Assembly: GCA_000965745.1 (NCBI GenBank)
Contig: CP009479.1
Coordinates: forward strand, 1,088,001-1,152,000
Length of the DNA stretch: 64,000 nt
Source: an uncultured archaeon
GTDB lineage: Archaea; Thermoplasmatota; Thermoplasmata; Thermoplasmatales; Thermoplasmataceae
Reading direction: 5' to 3'
Shown here: piece after piece, positions 40,443 through 49,477 of the stretch
Layout: each line of letters starts with the position of its first letter
Numbering within the stretch: the first letter of the stretch is position 1
Notes under the pieces: model-generated
What the model was told of the DNA's origin: nothing
The model's database searches: none
The model's input: only the letters and a program-made list of their open reading frames with translations
Position numbers and translations under genes: made by a program

Positions 40443-40601
40443 TTATTCCAGTATAGAGAGTGATACCTTATCACCTTCTCTGTAGAAACCAATAATCGAT
40501 CCTTCGCTTATCGACAGTAAGGATGCAACTTTCTTCGGTACCGTAATTCTAAGCGAAGAACCTCTCTTCGACACATGTGACACATCTATCAATTCTTTCA
40601 T
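40443..40601 (-). CDS. AbrB-type DNA-binding protein (52 aa, not in ORF track), paralogue of 37045-37209
   Basis: Hand translation MKELIDVSHVSKRGSSLRITVPKKVASLLSISEGSIIGFYREGDKVSLSILE. Confidence 0.85.
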   Translation of the reverse strand: MKELIDVSHVSKRGSSLRITVPKKVASLLSISEGSIIGFYREGDKVSLSILE

Positions 40602-40626
40602 AAATTGTAATTATTGCACAATATAA

Positions 40627-41403
40627 GTACTTACTTTCTTTCTATTAGGAAATGAGATTAAACTGAGTGATAAGCAGATAAGTTGTAAAGCTAAGATATT
40701 TAGAGAAACTACAAGGTTAAGTGGTAATATCGGCGCTTCTGGAAGTGTTACTGTTGTCATTACTTCGACTGGTAAAGTCCTGACGCATAACAACACCCTT
40801 GACGATGGCTCGGGGAACATGTTTCCAGCAGGTTACACGACGTTAGGTGGTGGTGCTAACGTAGGAACTTCAGCAGGAACATTAAACGCACACCATGAGA
40901 GTCATTTCGATAATGGTTCATATTCAGACCCCGATTCTGGCATAACAGGAGACGTAAAAGCTGGGCAGAACGGTATAGCTATCAATGGCGGACTGAAAGT
41001 AAATAGCGGTAACACTATTCTGAATGGCGGTAACGGCATAACACAGTATCGTAATATTGGCTCTTCGGGATGGGGAATGGCACAGGTTGTGGCACAAACT
41101 AGTGGGTCAGGAAGCGTGAGCGCAACATTTCAGATAATTAATTATTCCGCACCCACAGGTCTGTATTTAGTAATGTTTCAGGGTAAAGTAGATACTACAT
41201 GGGGCGTTATTGTGACTACTTCTAGCGATGTATCCGGTGGCAGTTATTCGATTGACAACTTTAGCGGCTCTGGAAGTGGCACACGACATTAACTTGTTAA
41301 TACTGTGTCGGCCGGTTTAGGTGGCTCTACCATAACAGTGAAGTTTAACAATAGCGGGACTGCGAGTGCTTGGTGGAGTGCAGCAATAGTGAGAGTGTAT
41401 TGA
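40627..41403 (+). pseudogene. 3' remnant of a Gly/Ser/Thr-rich tail-fibre/adhesin-like gene
   Basis: Frame open from 40627 and contains KVLTHNNTLDDGSGN. After TAA at 41290 the same frame continues LVNTVSAG...WWSAAIVRVY to TGA at 41403. Confidence 0.55.
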
Positions 41404-41407
41404 AAGA

Positions 41408-42124
41408 TTAGATGGAGATTACTCCACTCTCATATTTTGCAGACGTGTTATTGCTGATTGCGTTGCTGACAAAAGGAGATGCAAAGGACATTATAGATGG
41501 AGACGGACTATTGACTGTATCATCAAAAGAATATTGATAATTTGCCAGTGTTATTGATAGTATAGCACCTGCTGGAACGTTTATCTGTTGTCTATTCTGC
41601 ACTATCCATCCGTTCCCTATTTCAAAATAGTTAGTGTTGTTGAGCCAACTTCCAATATTAGATGGTGCTGCTGAAAGATTGACTACGCTAAATGTCTCAT
41701 TCCCTGTAGTAGCATTCCGTATAACCTTCTCAAATACCATAGAAGTATTGCTATTGTTCAGATTATAATAGAAAAATTGTCCATGCGTGTAATTAGTAGT
41801 TATGGTCAGATTCACCGAATAGTTCAGAGTATTTTTCATACTTACTAGATATACGTTATACGGAGTGTCGATTGCGTGCCCCCAAGAATCGTTCATCGTA
41901 ACTACTATGCTTGTATTGTTTACTGCATAATTCCGCAGGCTCGATGTGAACCACGTATGGTTGTTGTAGCCTGTTACCTGAAAGCTGGGGTCAACAATGC
42001 TGCCACTGATGAAGTACTTGCTCTCCAGTGTTTTTTCTATGTTCTTGCCGAAGGGCAGGAAGGCGACAGTCAGCACGATTGCAACCACAACTACTGCGAA
42101 TACAGGTAGTATTTTCTTGTTCAT
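41408..42124 (-). CDS. Secreted/membrane-anchored glycoprotein-like hypothetical protein
   Basis: MNKK plus hydrophobic signal anchor; Asn/Thr/Ser-rich with many sequons. Confidence 0.8.
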   Translation of the reverse strand: MNKKILPVFAVVVVAIVLTVAFLPFGKNIEKTLESKYFISGSIVDPSFQVTGYNNHTWFTSSLRNYAVNNTSIVVTMNDSWGHAIDTPYNVYLVSMKNTLNYSVNLTITTNYTHGQFFYYNLNNSNTSMVFEKVIRNATTGNETFSVVNLSAAPSNIGSWLNNTNYFEIGNGWIVQNRQQINVPAGAILSITLANYQYSFDDTVNSPSPSIMSFASPFVSNAISNNTSAKYESGVISI

Positions 42125-42725
42125 GTTATCATCCTCTTATTATTATTCAGGACTTAAATGCGAAATGAATAGTGAATCAATTGTATTGAAGGCAATGATT
42201 GGAAATATTAAAATCCTTGTACCGTTATTGAAATACCATTCAACAATTTCCAAAGCCTTTTATATAGCATTTCAGCGAAAGATGTTCAGGGGCATTCCTA
42301 TTGTTATTCCATCATGCCCGTGTGTTTTTAACTCTGCTTCAGGAAATGACAGTAGAAAGGTACCCTCAAGAGATGAATGTGGAACCTCTATTTTTCAGAA
42401 TCTTTGACTCGTCGAAGGTTTATTCCTGCCATATTTTACCTTTGCATTCCATTACGATATAATTCTCAAATCCCAATTTTGACGTGGATGAACAGGTCTT
42501 TGAACGGGCATATGAACTTGGAGAAACTGCAAGGTCTCCTTGCTGACATCCTCTCTTTTTTTACTAGTTATACACCACGATTCTACACCAGATTTAATGT
42601 TCAAAATAACCAGTATTTGACAACAAATTCTCACAGTTTTAACCAATAGAACACATACCTGACACATATCTGAAAAATACCTGAGGAAATATATGTTTAT
42701 ATAGATGATTTGATTCTATATATTA

Positions 42726-43364
42726 ATGCCAAAAAGCAAGCATTATCCACCTTCCTACATAAGGTATCAGATAGAACATCCTCCTGTTACAGTTCATCTC
42801 AGCAAGAAGGTCAAGGAGAACCTGGATGCCCTCAAGGGAAACAGGTCGTATGCAGAAGTTATCAATGAAATTCTCGACAGAACATTCAACCTTGAACACG
42901 AAATAAAGAGACTCCCAGTCAATGAAGCGGTTATATCATATCACAGAGGTTTTAGAGAAGCTGAATCAAGATATGCACAGTGGGGCGTCTGCAAGAAGTG
43001 TGGAAGAGAATGGACTCTCTGGAAAGATGGGAAATGTGATCTCTGTCACAAAGAAGGATCAAGCCCAGATTATTCATACTTCAGGGACAGCGAATCCACT
43101 AAGGTGGTCAATGAAGAGGACTTTGAGAAAGCAAAAGCGAAGCTGCCAAGACTTGAGAGACTGTCATACGAAAATGGTAAAAAGAAAGGGCATGAAGATG
43201 GCTGGGCTGACGGCTACGATGAAGCCATTGAAGATTACAGGATAACATACCCCTGCAAGGTTTGCGGAAAGGCTATTGTGATGAAGACTGGAGATAATGG
43301 CCATAAGGCGATGATCGAATACATGAAAGAACACGGCTGGTCCCATTCAAGTTGCCTTAAGTAA
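42726..43364 (+). CDS. RHH-like protein with multiple Zn fingers
   Basis: VTVHLSKKVKENLDALKGNRSYAEVINEIL (RHH-like); CKKC..CDLC; CKVC..HSSC. Confidence 0.8.
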   Translation: MPKSKHYPPSYIRYQIEHPPVTVHLSKKVKENLDALKGNRSYAEVINEILDRTFNLEHEIKRLPVNEAVISYHRGFREAESRYAQWGVCKKCGREWTLWKDGKCDLCHKEGSSPDYSYFRDSESTKVVNEEDFEKAKAKLPRLERLSYENGKKKGHEDGWADGYDEAIEDYRITYPCKVCGKAIVMKTGDNGHKAMIEYMKEHGWSHSSCLK

Positions 43365-43407
43365 TGCAGTAAACGGAAACATTACCAACCTTCAAGAGGG
43401 AAGTCTT

Positions 43408-45471
43408 TCACTCACTTGCGATGCTTTCTATTTTGCCCTGATCGATGCATTCTTTGACAAAGGGACTTTCTGGATACCATAGAACGATTTCTCCTTCCTT
43501 GTAGACATGACCCATATGAGCGAACGTTTTCATAACCCTGTACGGTCTGTTGGAAGAGTTTTTTTGTGAGTCGGCATCTTTGGGTAACGGATCAACGAGT
43601 TCTGTCGTTACCGAACTTTTTCCCGCGTTCTCTAAGGTAGATTTCACATCGGTAACGTCGCTGTACCTATTTCTCTCATACTCTGGACTGGAACCATCAT
43701 GCTGCAACATGAGCTTCCCATGGTTACCATTTCTCTCCCGCTCAAAACTGGACAGATCTTTTTGCGGTAACGTCTCAATCTTATGATCCGTTACCACATC
43801 GTTCGTGACAATTATTGCAATGTCCCGCCATGCCCGTAGAGGTGCAGAGTTCCCAACCTTCTTTTGTACTGTCAGGTTGGCGTACCCTTTGGAACTTAAG
43901 GCCCTACCAAGTGCCTTGGAATCAACGTTTTTGGCTGGAAATCCTTTCTTGGTTGCCCAATTAGCCGCTTCGGTCAAAACATCCTGCTTTATTGTGGTCA
44001 GATACTCGGCTCCATCTTGGCTTATTGTCAGGTATCTCGACTTCTGTTCCCTGCTCATTCCGATCTCTAGGAACTTTATTTTGGCATCCTCAAGGTCTGT
44101 AAGTATAAGCCCCTCTGAATCTTTCACCTTCAAATAAGAGGCGGCGGGGTTTGATCTCTCTTCCCATTTGGCTTCTGCATCCATCACATTTAGGTGGCCT
44201 GTGAATTTCATTCTCTTCACGAGAGGTGCATAGAAGTTATCTATCACATACGAGAAGATTGCATCAAGCTCACTCCCTTCCTTTAGGCTTCTTGCAATGG
44301 AATCAATTTCACTCGGGGAAAGCACGGACTCAAGCATGTTGGGAAAGTCAATTATGGTTATCACTCTCCTGTAGAAAGCCCTCAGTTCATTCTCTTTTTC
44401 AGGAAGCTCGTTTGTGTCTATGATCATCTTTGCGTGGCTCTTTATTTTGAATGGGTGACCGTTCTTGCGATCCACTGTAATTTCCGTGCCATCAGTCAAC
44501 CGCTTGAACCATTCTGATGTGATGATCTCAGTTGTGCTTTCACTAATCAGGTTAGCCCATGAACCTGCCAGCTCTGCCCTCTTGAATTTGTCCGTCTCGA
44601 GTTCACCCAGACTGATGGACGAAGTCTTATCAAGGAGAAGGCCAATTATCAAATGTATTATTGACTTTCCTTCACCTCCTTGGCCATATAACACAACTGC
44701 ACCTTGTATGTTGTAGTTCTTCATCAAAGTCCAGGCAATTGTCTCGAACAACTGCGTAGTCTTCAACTCTTTTTCTGGATCGCCTGAAAATACTTTGTCT
44801 AAGAATTCAAAAAACACCTTTGGCTTTGATCCTTTCACGTAATTCCTCGGAATGAATTCTGTATAGAAGTAGTCTGGACTGTGCCTCGTTGTTTCTCCGC
44901 TGATGGGATGTAAGAGACCTTCACGTATTGGTATCGTGTGTTCGGGTAGAGGCATCAGCTCCTCCATTGGCACACCAATTTCCTCTGGACTGCTGATTCT
45001 TGTGGAGTTCTTGATAGATTCGACCGCCGATCGTATCTGAGAGGGCGTTATCCTGCCAGGCTCCTCCAGGTTTGTCTTAATCAGTCCCTCGGCATCTCTG
45101 AGCCAGTGGGTACCAACGAATTGGCTTACGGTCCCGTCCGAACCCACATATTCAGTCTTGACATTTGGATAAACACTCATGTAATCCTCGGCACATAAGT
45201 GTGGTACAAATTTAGGACCTTTCTTTGTTTCAACGAACCAGGAATCAGGATTGAGGTCATCAGACCTCTGTTCTGGACCAGAAATAGCTTCTATTTTCTC
45301 TCTAATTATTTTCTTCAGGTCATTCCTTTCGAGCTTATGCCATAGTCTGTTAATACCAATATTTCTAAGATACTCTGAGTCTGGCGAAGTATCAAGAAGG
45401 TCAGACAGTGCGCAAAAGAGAGCGTAACCTTCTAGCTCGTCGAAGCTTACGTTATGGTCCTCGCCAGCCAT
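43408..45471 (-). CDS. D5/P4-type superfamily 3 replicative helicase
   Basis: GLL...HSPDYFYT (D5_N-like), Walker A YGQGGEGKS, ANLISE, FKRLTDG, DRKNGHP, DTNELP, AFYRR. No primase motif recognised. Confidence 0.9.
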   Translation of the reverse strand: MAGEDHNVSFDELEGYALFCALSDLLDTSPDSEYLRNIGINRLWHKLERNDLKKIIREKIEAISGPEQRSDDLNPDSWFVETKKGPKFVPHLCAEDYMSVYPNVKTEYVGSDGTVSQFVGTHWLRDAEGLIKTNLEEPGRITPSQIRSAVESIKNSTRISSPEEIGVPMEELMPLPEHTIPIREGLLHPISGETTRHSPDYFYTEFIPRNYVKGSKPKVFFEFLDKVFSGDPEKELKTTQLFETIAWTLMKNYNIQGAVVLYGQGGEGKSIIHLIIGLLLDKTSSISLGELETDKFKRAELAGSWANLISESTTEIITSEWFKRLTDGTEITVDRKNGHPFKIKSHAKMIIDTNELPEKENELRAFYRRVITIIDFPNMLESVLSPSEIDSIARSLKEGSELDAIFSYVIDNFYAPLVKRMKFTGHLNVMDAEAKWEERSNPAASYLKVKDSEGLILTDLEDAKIKFLEIGMSREQKSRYLTISQDGAEYLTTIKQDVLTEAANWATKKGFPAKNVDSKALGRALSSKGYANLTVQKKVGNSAPLRAWRDIAIIVTNDVVTDHKIETLPQKDLSSFERERNGNHGKLMLQHDGSSPEYERNRYSDVTDVKSTLENAGKSSVTTELVDPLPKDADSQKNSSNRPYRVMKTFAHMGHVYKEGEIVLWYPESPFVKECIDQGKIESIASE
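43583..43795. repeat. Iteron-like GGTAACG cluster (putative replication origin)
   Basis: GGTAACG at 43583, 43651, 43766; CGTTACC at 43606, 43789; GGTTACC at 43722. Confidence 0.65.
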
Positions 45472-45477
45472 GCTAAA

Positions 45478-45657
45478 TCACTTGTTTCGATCGGTGGCTC
45501 CTATTTCCGATGTGAATGCTTCTTTAGCAGGACTACCTTTGTTTTGACTATCTGCCGCTTTCTTGGTATTGGTCGTTTCCTCATATATTTTAGGATCCGA
45601 CAAGAGGTCTTCACCGATTATCTCCTTCCATAGCTCGAAAACCTTTGCCCAGCTCAT
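45478..45657 (-). CDS. Small hypothetical protein (59 aa, not in ORF track)
   Basis: MSWAKVFELWKEIIGEDLLSDPKIYEE...; ATGA-coupled to the upstream gene and ends 6 nt before the helicase start. Confidence 0.65.
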   Translation of the reverse strand: MSWAKVFELWKEIIGEDLLSDPKIYEETTNTKKAADSQNKGSPAKEAFTSEIGATDRNK

Positions 45658-45800
45658 TTTAGAGCCTCCACAATGAGCTTTTCTGCAGAATCAGAAATCC
45701 TCACATACTGGGGAAAATCGTTAGTTCTCACCCAATCTATGGGAAGTTCTATCAAAGCATATTCTCTCCTCCTTGTCACCTTACGAATCACATCAATCAC
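45654..45800 (-). CDS. AbrB-like small DNA-binding protein (48 aa, not in ORF track)
   Basis: MIDVIRKVTRRREYALIELPIDWVRTNDFPQYVRISDSAEKLIVEALK: swapped-hairpin pattern; first gene of the rep operon. Confidence 0.6.
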   Translation of the reverse strand: MIDVIRKVTRRREYALIELPIDWVRTNDFPQYVRISDSAEKLIVEALK

Positions 45801-45852
45801 AATAATATATAGAAACTAAACATTTAAATCATAATATTGAGTTACTCAACTT

Positions 45853-46938
45853 ATGGAAGGAAAATTAAGTATGAACCAACTTAAGACTTTGAGCTCCCTT
45901 TCCTCACCAGAGAAAAACTGGCATGGCGCCCCAGAAAAAGGATTCTCAGAGATTAAGGAGTGGTTCTCTAAGAATAATCTGAGTATTTCAGATAATGGAC
46001 TCTCTAAAATACTGATCAAATTGAGAGAAGGCGGCTATGTAAAGAAATTTGTAAATTCTGAAGGAAAGATGAAATACAGAATCACCACTTTGGGTGCAAA
46101 CCACCTCCAGAAATACTACTGGCCTTTGATCGACACCCTATCCATTATGGATAGGGAAAAATCATTATATTTTATGTTCTCTCATTTTGGTTCGGACTAT
46201 CATTATATAGAAGAACTTGGCCAGCGTCCTGGAACCTCATACGTATCCTATTACACGGTACCTTTACCCAACGAATTTTATTACAATATGTTATCCACCA
46301 TGGCTGTTAAATTAGTGTCGGGCGAACTGGACAATATTATACCTAATGGAAAATGGGATAACAGCGATGAGAGACATGATATCTACTTAACGACTCATTA
46401 CAATCTTGCAGAACTAAATGAGGTTGCAGAAACCTTTTGGCAATTATGGTCTCATGCCCATTCGGACATTGAATCTTTAACTGACATTGTGGCACATTTG
46501 ATCAGCAACAAGAGTAAGTGGATTCAAAGGGATCTCTTTTCCTCTATGGCAACAATGCTAGTATCTACTTCTGTATGGCTGATGAACAAAAGTGAGGATG
46601 CAGAGATGCAAAATAGAGTGGAGGAGCTTGATAAGAAATTAGGTGAGATCTTCCTTAACAGAATGGACTTGACATCAGACTTGGACAAAGAGTTGATCGA
46701 AATATTTATTGAAGATATTGAAGCTGAAAAAGACCCGCTTGAAGATGAGAGAGTTATGAGAAACAAGTTGATATTGGAACATGAATATGAAGGTTTCAAC
46801 AGCTATATGATACAGGATTATGTTAGAGGAGCCGCGATTAAGAAAGGAGAATTAGACTTTATTGTGAAGGCAGAAAACTATCTGAAGGGGACACAAGGGA
46901 TTCTCATAAGGACTCTGATGTATCAACAAGGCAAATAG
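45853..46938 (+). CDS. wHTH regulator-like protein with large unknown C-terminal region
   Basis: GFSEIKE...ISDNGLSKILIKLREGGYVKK...KYRITTLG; divergent from the rep operon. Confidence 0.8.
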   Translation: MEGKLSMNQLKTLSSLSSPEKNWHGAPEKGFSEIKEWFSKNNLSISDNGLSKILIKLREGGYVKKFVNSEGKMKYRITTLGANHLQKYYWPLIDTLSIMDREKSLYFMFSHFGSDYHYIEELGQRPGTSYVSYYTVPLPNEFYYNMLSTMAVKLVSGELDNIIPNGKWDNSDERHDIYLTTHYNLAELNEVAETFWQLWSHAHSDIESLTDIVAHLISNKSKWIQRDLFSSMATMLVSTSVWLMNKSEDAEMQNRVEELDKKLGEIFLNRMDLTSDLDKELIEIFIEDIEAEKDPLEDERVMRNKLILEHEYEGFNSYMIQDYVRGAAIKKGELDFIVKAENYLKGTQGILIRTLMYQQGK

Positions 46939-46954
46939 AAAATTCATAGGTGTT

Positions 46955-48124
46955 CTAATTGTCATAATTAGAAAGTAGATCATGCTGGATTGTATTGCTT
47001 TCCTTCTTACTTTTTTTTCTGGTGTTATGCTTATGCTTCGAGAGATGCATTAAAAGATTGGCTTTCTTCTTATCGACTGGATCTGGCATTTCGTCAGGCT
47101 TAATCGAGTTTAGATTATCAATAAGCTTTTTTATATCATTTCTAACCTTATAGGTCCCTATCCCTCCTTGTTGCCTTGTGACTAGATTTGAGTCCTCCAT
47201 TATTCCAAATAATTCTTCAGCGTATTCTTGGGAAACCGTGACTTCGTCATTCTCAAAAGCCCCGATAATGGCGGAAATCGCGGTCGATTTCGTAAATTGT
47301 GAGCTCGGGCTAAGAAAGAAGTCTGATGTCTTCATCAGAAGTATTATGTTCACATAACGGTCGACTACTTCAGGCTTGGAAAGTCTGAAAGTTGACTCTA
47401 TGTGCTGGCTTCCGTTAATAAGCCATCTTTTAAGTCTTTCACTATCGTTAACGCAAAAATTGTTTGAAGACTCTGAGCAATTTGTCCATTTGGAAATACC
47501 TGACAAATTACCGTAGGCATATTTTATTCTATAGTTAGAAATCCCTTGAGCTATATTTATCCCCCACAAAATAGTCTTACACTTGGGTAGACTGAAGTTC
47601 TCATCGCTTACTCTTGCGTCAATACCATTAGATTGGTCTAAAGTCAGTTTAAGAACACTGGTTAAATCATCAAAAAGATCGCTGTATGAGAACACAACGA
47701 ACTCAGATGAGCCTTTGACGTATTGCTTTCCATATAACCAATGTAGGCGATTATGGCTAAATAGTTGCTCTCTTTTCTTCTGGTCTTCCATTACCAGTTC
47801 AAAATCCGTTTTCTTAGAGCATATGTCTTCCCAGATCTTCTTAACTCTTCCATTCGACTTCACTTCAATGAAAATAGGCTTAACAGATCCATTTTCGAGT
47901 TCTTGTTTGTCACATAGCATGACGTCTATGGAGCCCTTAATCCTTTTATCAGGATGTAGAATCTCTGTGGCAACAAAAGCATGCCCGTGTCCTTCGTCTG
48001 ACGTGAATGCATCAACAAGATACCCAACGAGGTAGGAATGAAGGTAAGGTCTTCTAAGTTGATCATATAATATCTCTAATACATTATAGTCGTACTTAGA
48101 TCTTCTTTGCTTGCTCTTGCCTAT
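46955..48124 (-). CDS. PD-(D/E)xK nuclease (389 aa if started at ATA 48124)
   Basis: Frame open 68 codons upstream of the track's ATG, giving ...VATEILH...GSIDVML...PIFIEVKS. The ATA overlaps the upstream TAG and follows SD GGTGA. Confidence 0.75.
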   Translation of the reverse strand: MGKSKQRRSKYDYNVLEILYDQLRRPYLHSYLVGYLVDAFTSDEGHGHAFVATEILHPDKRIKGSIDVMLCDKQELENGSVKPIFIEVKSNGRVKKIWEDICSKKTDFELVMEDQKKREQLFSHNRLHWLYGKQYVKGSSEFVVFSYSDLFDDLTSVLKLTLDQSNGIDARVSDENFSLPKCKTILWGINIAQGISNYRIKYAYGNLSGISKWTNCSESSNNFCVNDSERLKRWLINGSQHIESTFRLSKPEVVDRYVNIILLMKTSDFFLSPSSQFTKSTAISAIIGAFENDEVTVSQEYAEELFGIMEDSNLVTRQQGGIGTYKVRNDIKKLIDNLNSIKPDEMPDPVDKKKANLLMHLSKHKHNTRKKSKKESNTIQHDLLSNYDN

Positions 48125-49194
48125 CCTATCACCGTCGCTTCCTTGATGTTTTCCCCTTCATCAATCGCTGAATATATTTGCACAGCACGATAACTGTCGC
48201 CTTTCAACGTGGTAACAGTCGCATAGTTGTTCGTAATCGTCAAGGAGTAGTGACCAAAGTTTATCCAACCTTCTGCCCCTTCTCCCTGGTAAACTATATA
48301 GGCTGTAATCATCCAATCTTCCCGCTTGTCCATTATAACTACTATGGGCCTCTCCATCCTGATACCCTGTGGAGGTGGGGCAAGAGAAGCAACAATCTTG
48401 TCAAAGTAGTTCTGAGTGTCGATTTCTTTGTCAAATTCTATCAAGACCTTCTTCTTAGAAGATAAATTACTTTCTGTTGGACTTGTAAAAATCGCCTTAC
48501 TAGCTTGGGTAAAAATATGCTTGCTGGTTTCACTAATCTCGTCTAGCAACTCATTAAAGAATTCAATATGTTTTGTAGGATTCTCCACTAGTAATATTCC
48601 ATGGTGATGAATCTCAAATTCATCTGTCTTGTTTGTCTTCAAGGAAAAAGTCGCCCTATATGGCTTCAACCCCATCTTCTTGTCTTGGTCAAGTCTTTGA
48701 AGTATGTAATCTAAATCTGAATGGTCTTTGAAGTACGATTGCAACTGTTTCTTTCCAGCACGGTACTCCCTCAGAATGTAATTATCATATTCCGTCTCAA
48801 GAATGCTGAACATCTTGCTCTTTGTTACGAATACTGGGTAAATTTCATAAAACCTAAGCTTGTACGCAAGCAGTTCAATATCACGTCTTGATTTTACAGT
48901 CCCAAAAGCTAATGAGAGACCCGTTTTGTTCCTTAGTAGAACTATATCTGTATGGTCCCTCAATGGCCCATCGATAAAAGACACTCGAACCGCTCGTTCT
49001 GAGACTTTTTCCTTCTTAAATTGACCACTGGTTGATTGTCTTTTTTTCGCCTCTATTACGGGGGAAAAAAAGAAGGATCGAAACTTCCCCCTATCTTCAC
49101 TGAGGAATTCTATATCACTCAACTTAAGAATTGACATCATAGCATCATCTTTACCTGGAATACCAGACCATGAAAAGTCTTTTGCACTATCCAA
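48121..49194 (-). CDS. Hypothetical alpha/beta protein coupled to the nuclease
   Basis: 357-aa ORF with TTG start after a purine-rich GGGGAG; no motif recognised. Confidence 0.8.
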   Translation of the reverse strand: MDSAKDFSWSGIPGKDDAMMSILKLSDIEFLSEDRGKFRSFFFSPVIEAKKRQSTSGQFKKEKVSERAVRVSFIDGPLRDHTDIVLLRNKTGLSLAFGTVKSRRDIELLAYKLRFYEIYPVFVTKSKMFSILETEYDNYILREYRAGKKQLQSYFKDHSDLDYILQRLDQDKKMGLKPYRATFSLKTNKTDEFEIHHHGILLVENPTKHIEFFNELLDEISETSKHIFTQASKAIFTSPTESNLSSKKKVLIEFDKEIDTQNYFDKIVASLAPPPQGIRMERPIVVIMDKREDWMITAYIVYQGEGAEGWINFGHYSLTITNNYATVTTLKGDSYRAVQIYSAIDEGENIKEATVIG

Positions 49195-49477
49195 TTAGAA
49201 ACTCCCCTATTTTGAAAAGTACCAAAATTCTCCCTAGAGGCTGAAGCTATTTTTTCCATCAATGAGTGAACTATCATATTCACAATACGTTAATTGTAAT
49301 ATAAATATATTATCTACATCAAATTAATTTTCAATGAAATGCAAGCTGATTATTAGAGATCCCATCTAGGTAATAACTTGAAATAGTGGATCATAAAGTA
49401 TAAAATATGGTGAGAATATTATATCATACAACAAAAATTATTTGTAGAAGCCGTAGAGCACTGGGTTTTTATTTAAG

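Noticed and set aside
42521-42586. EKLQGLLADILSFFTSYTPRFY, resembling the C-terminus of IS607 TnpA
   Set aside because: About 22 aa, with no catalytic region, ends or tnpB; too short to call.
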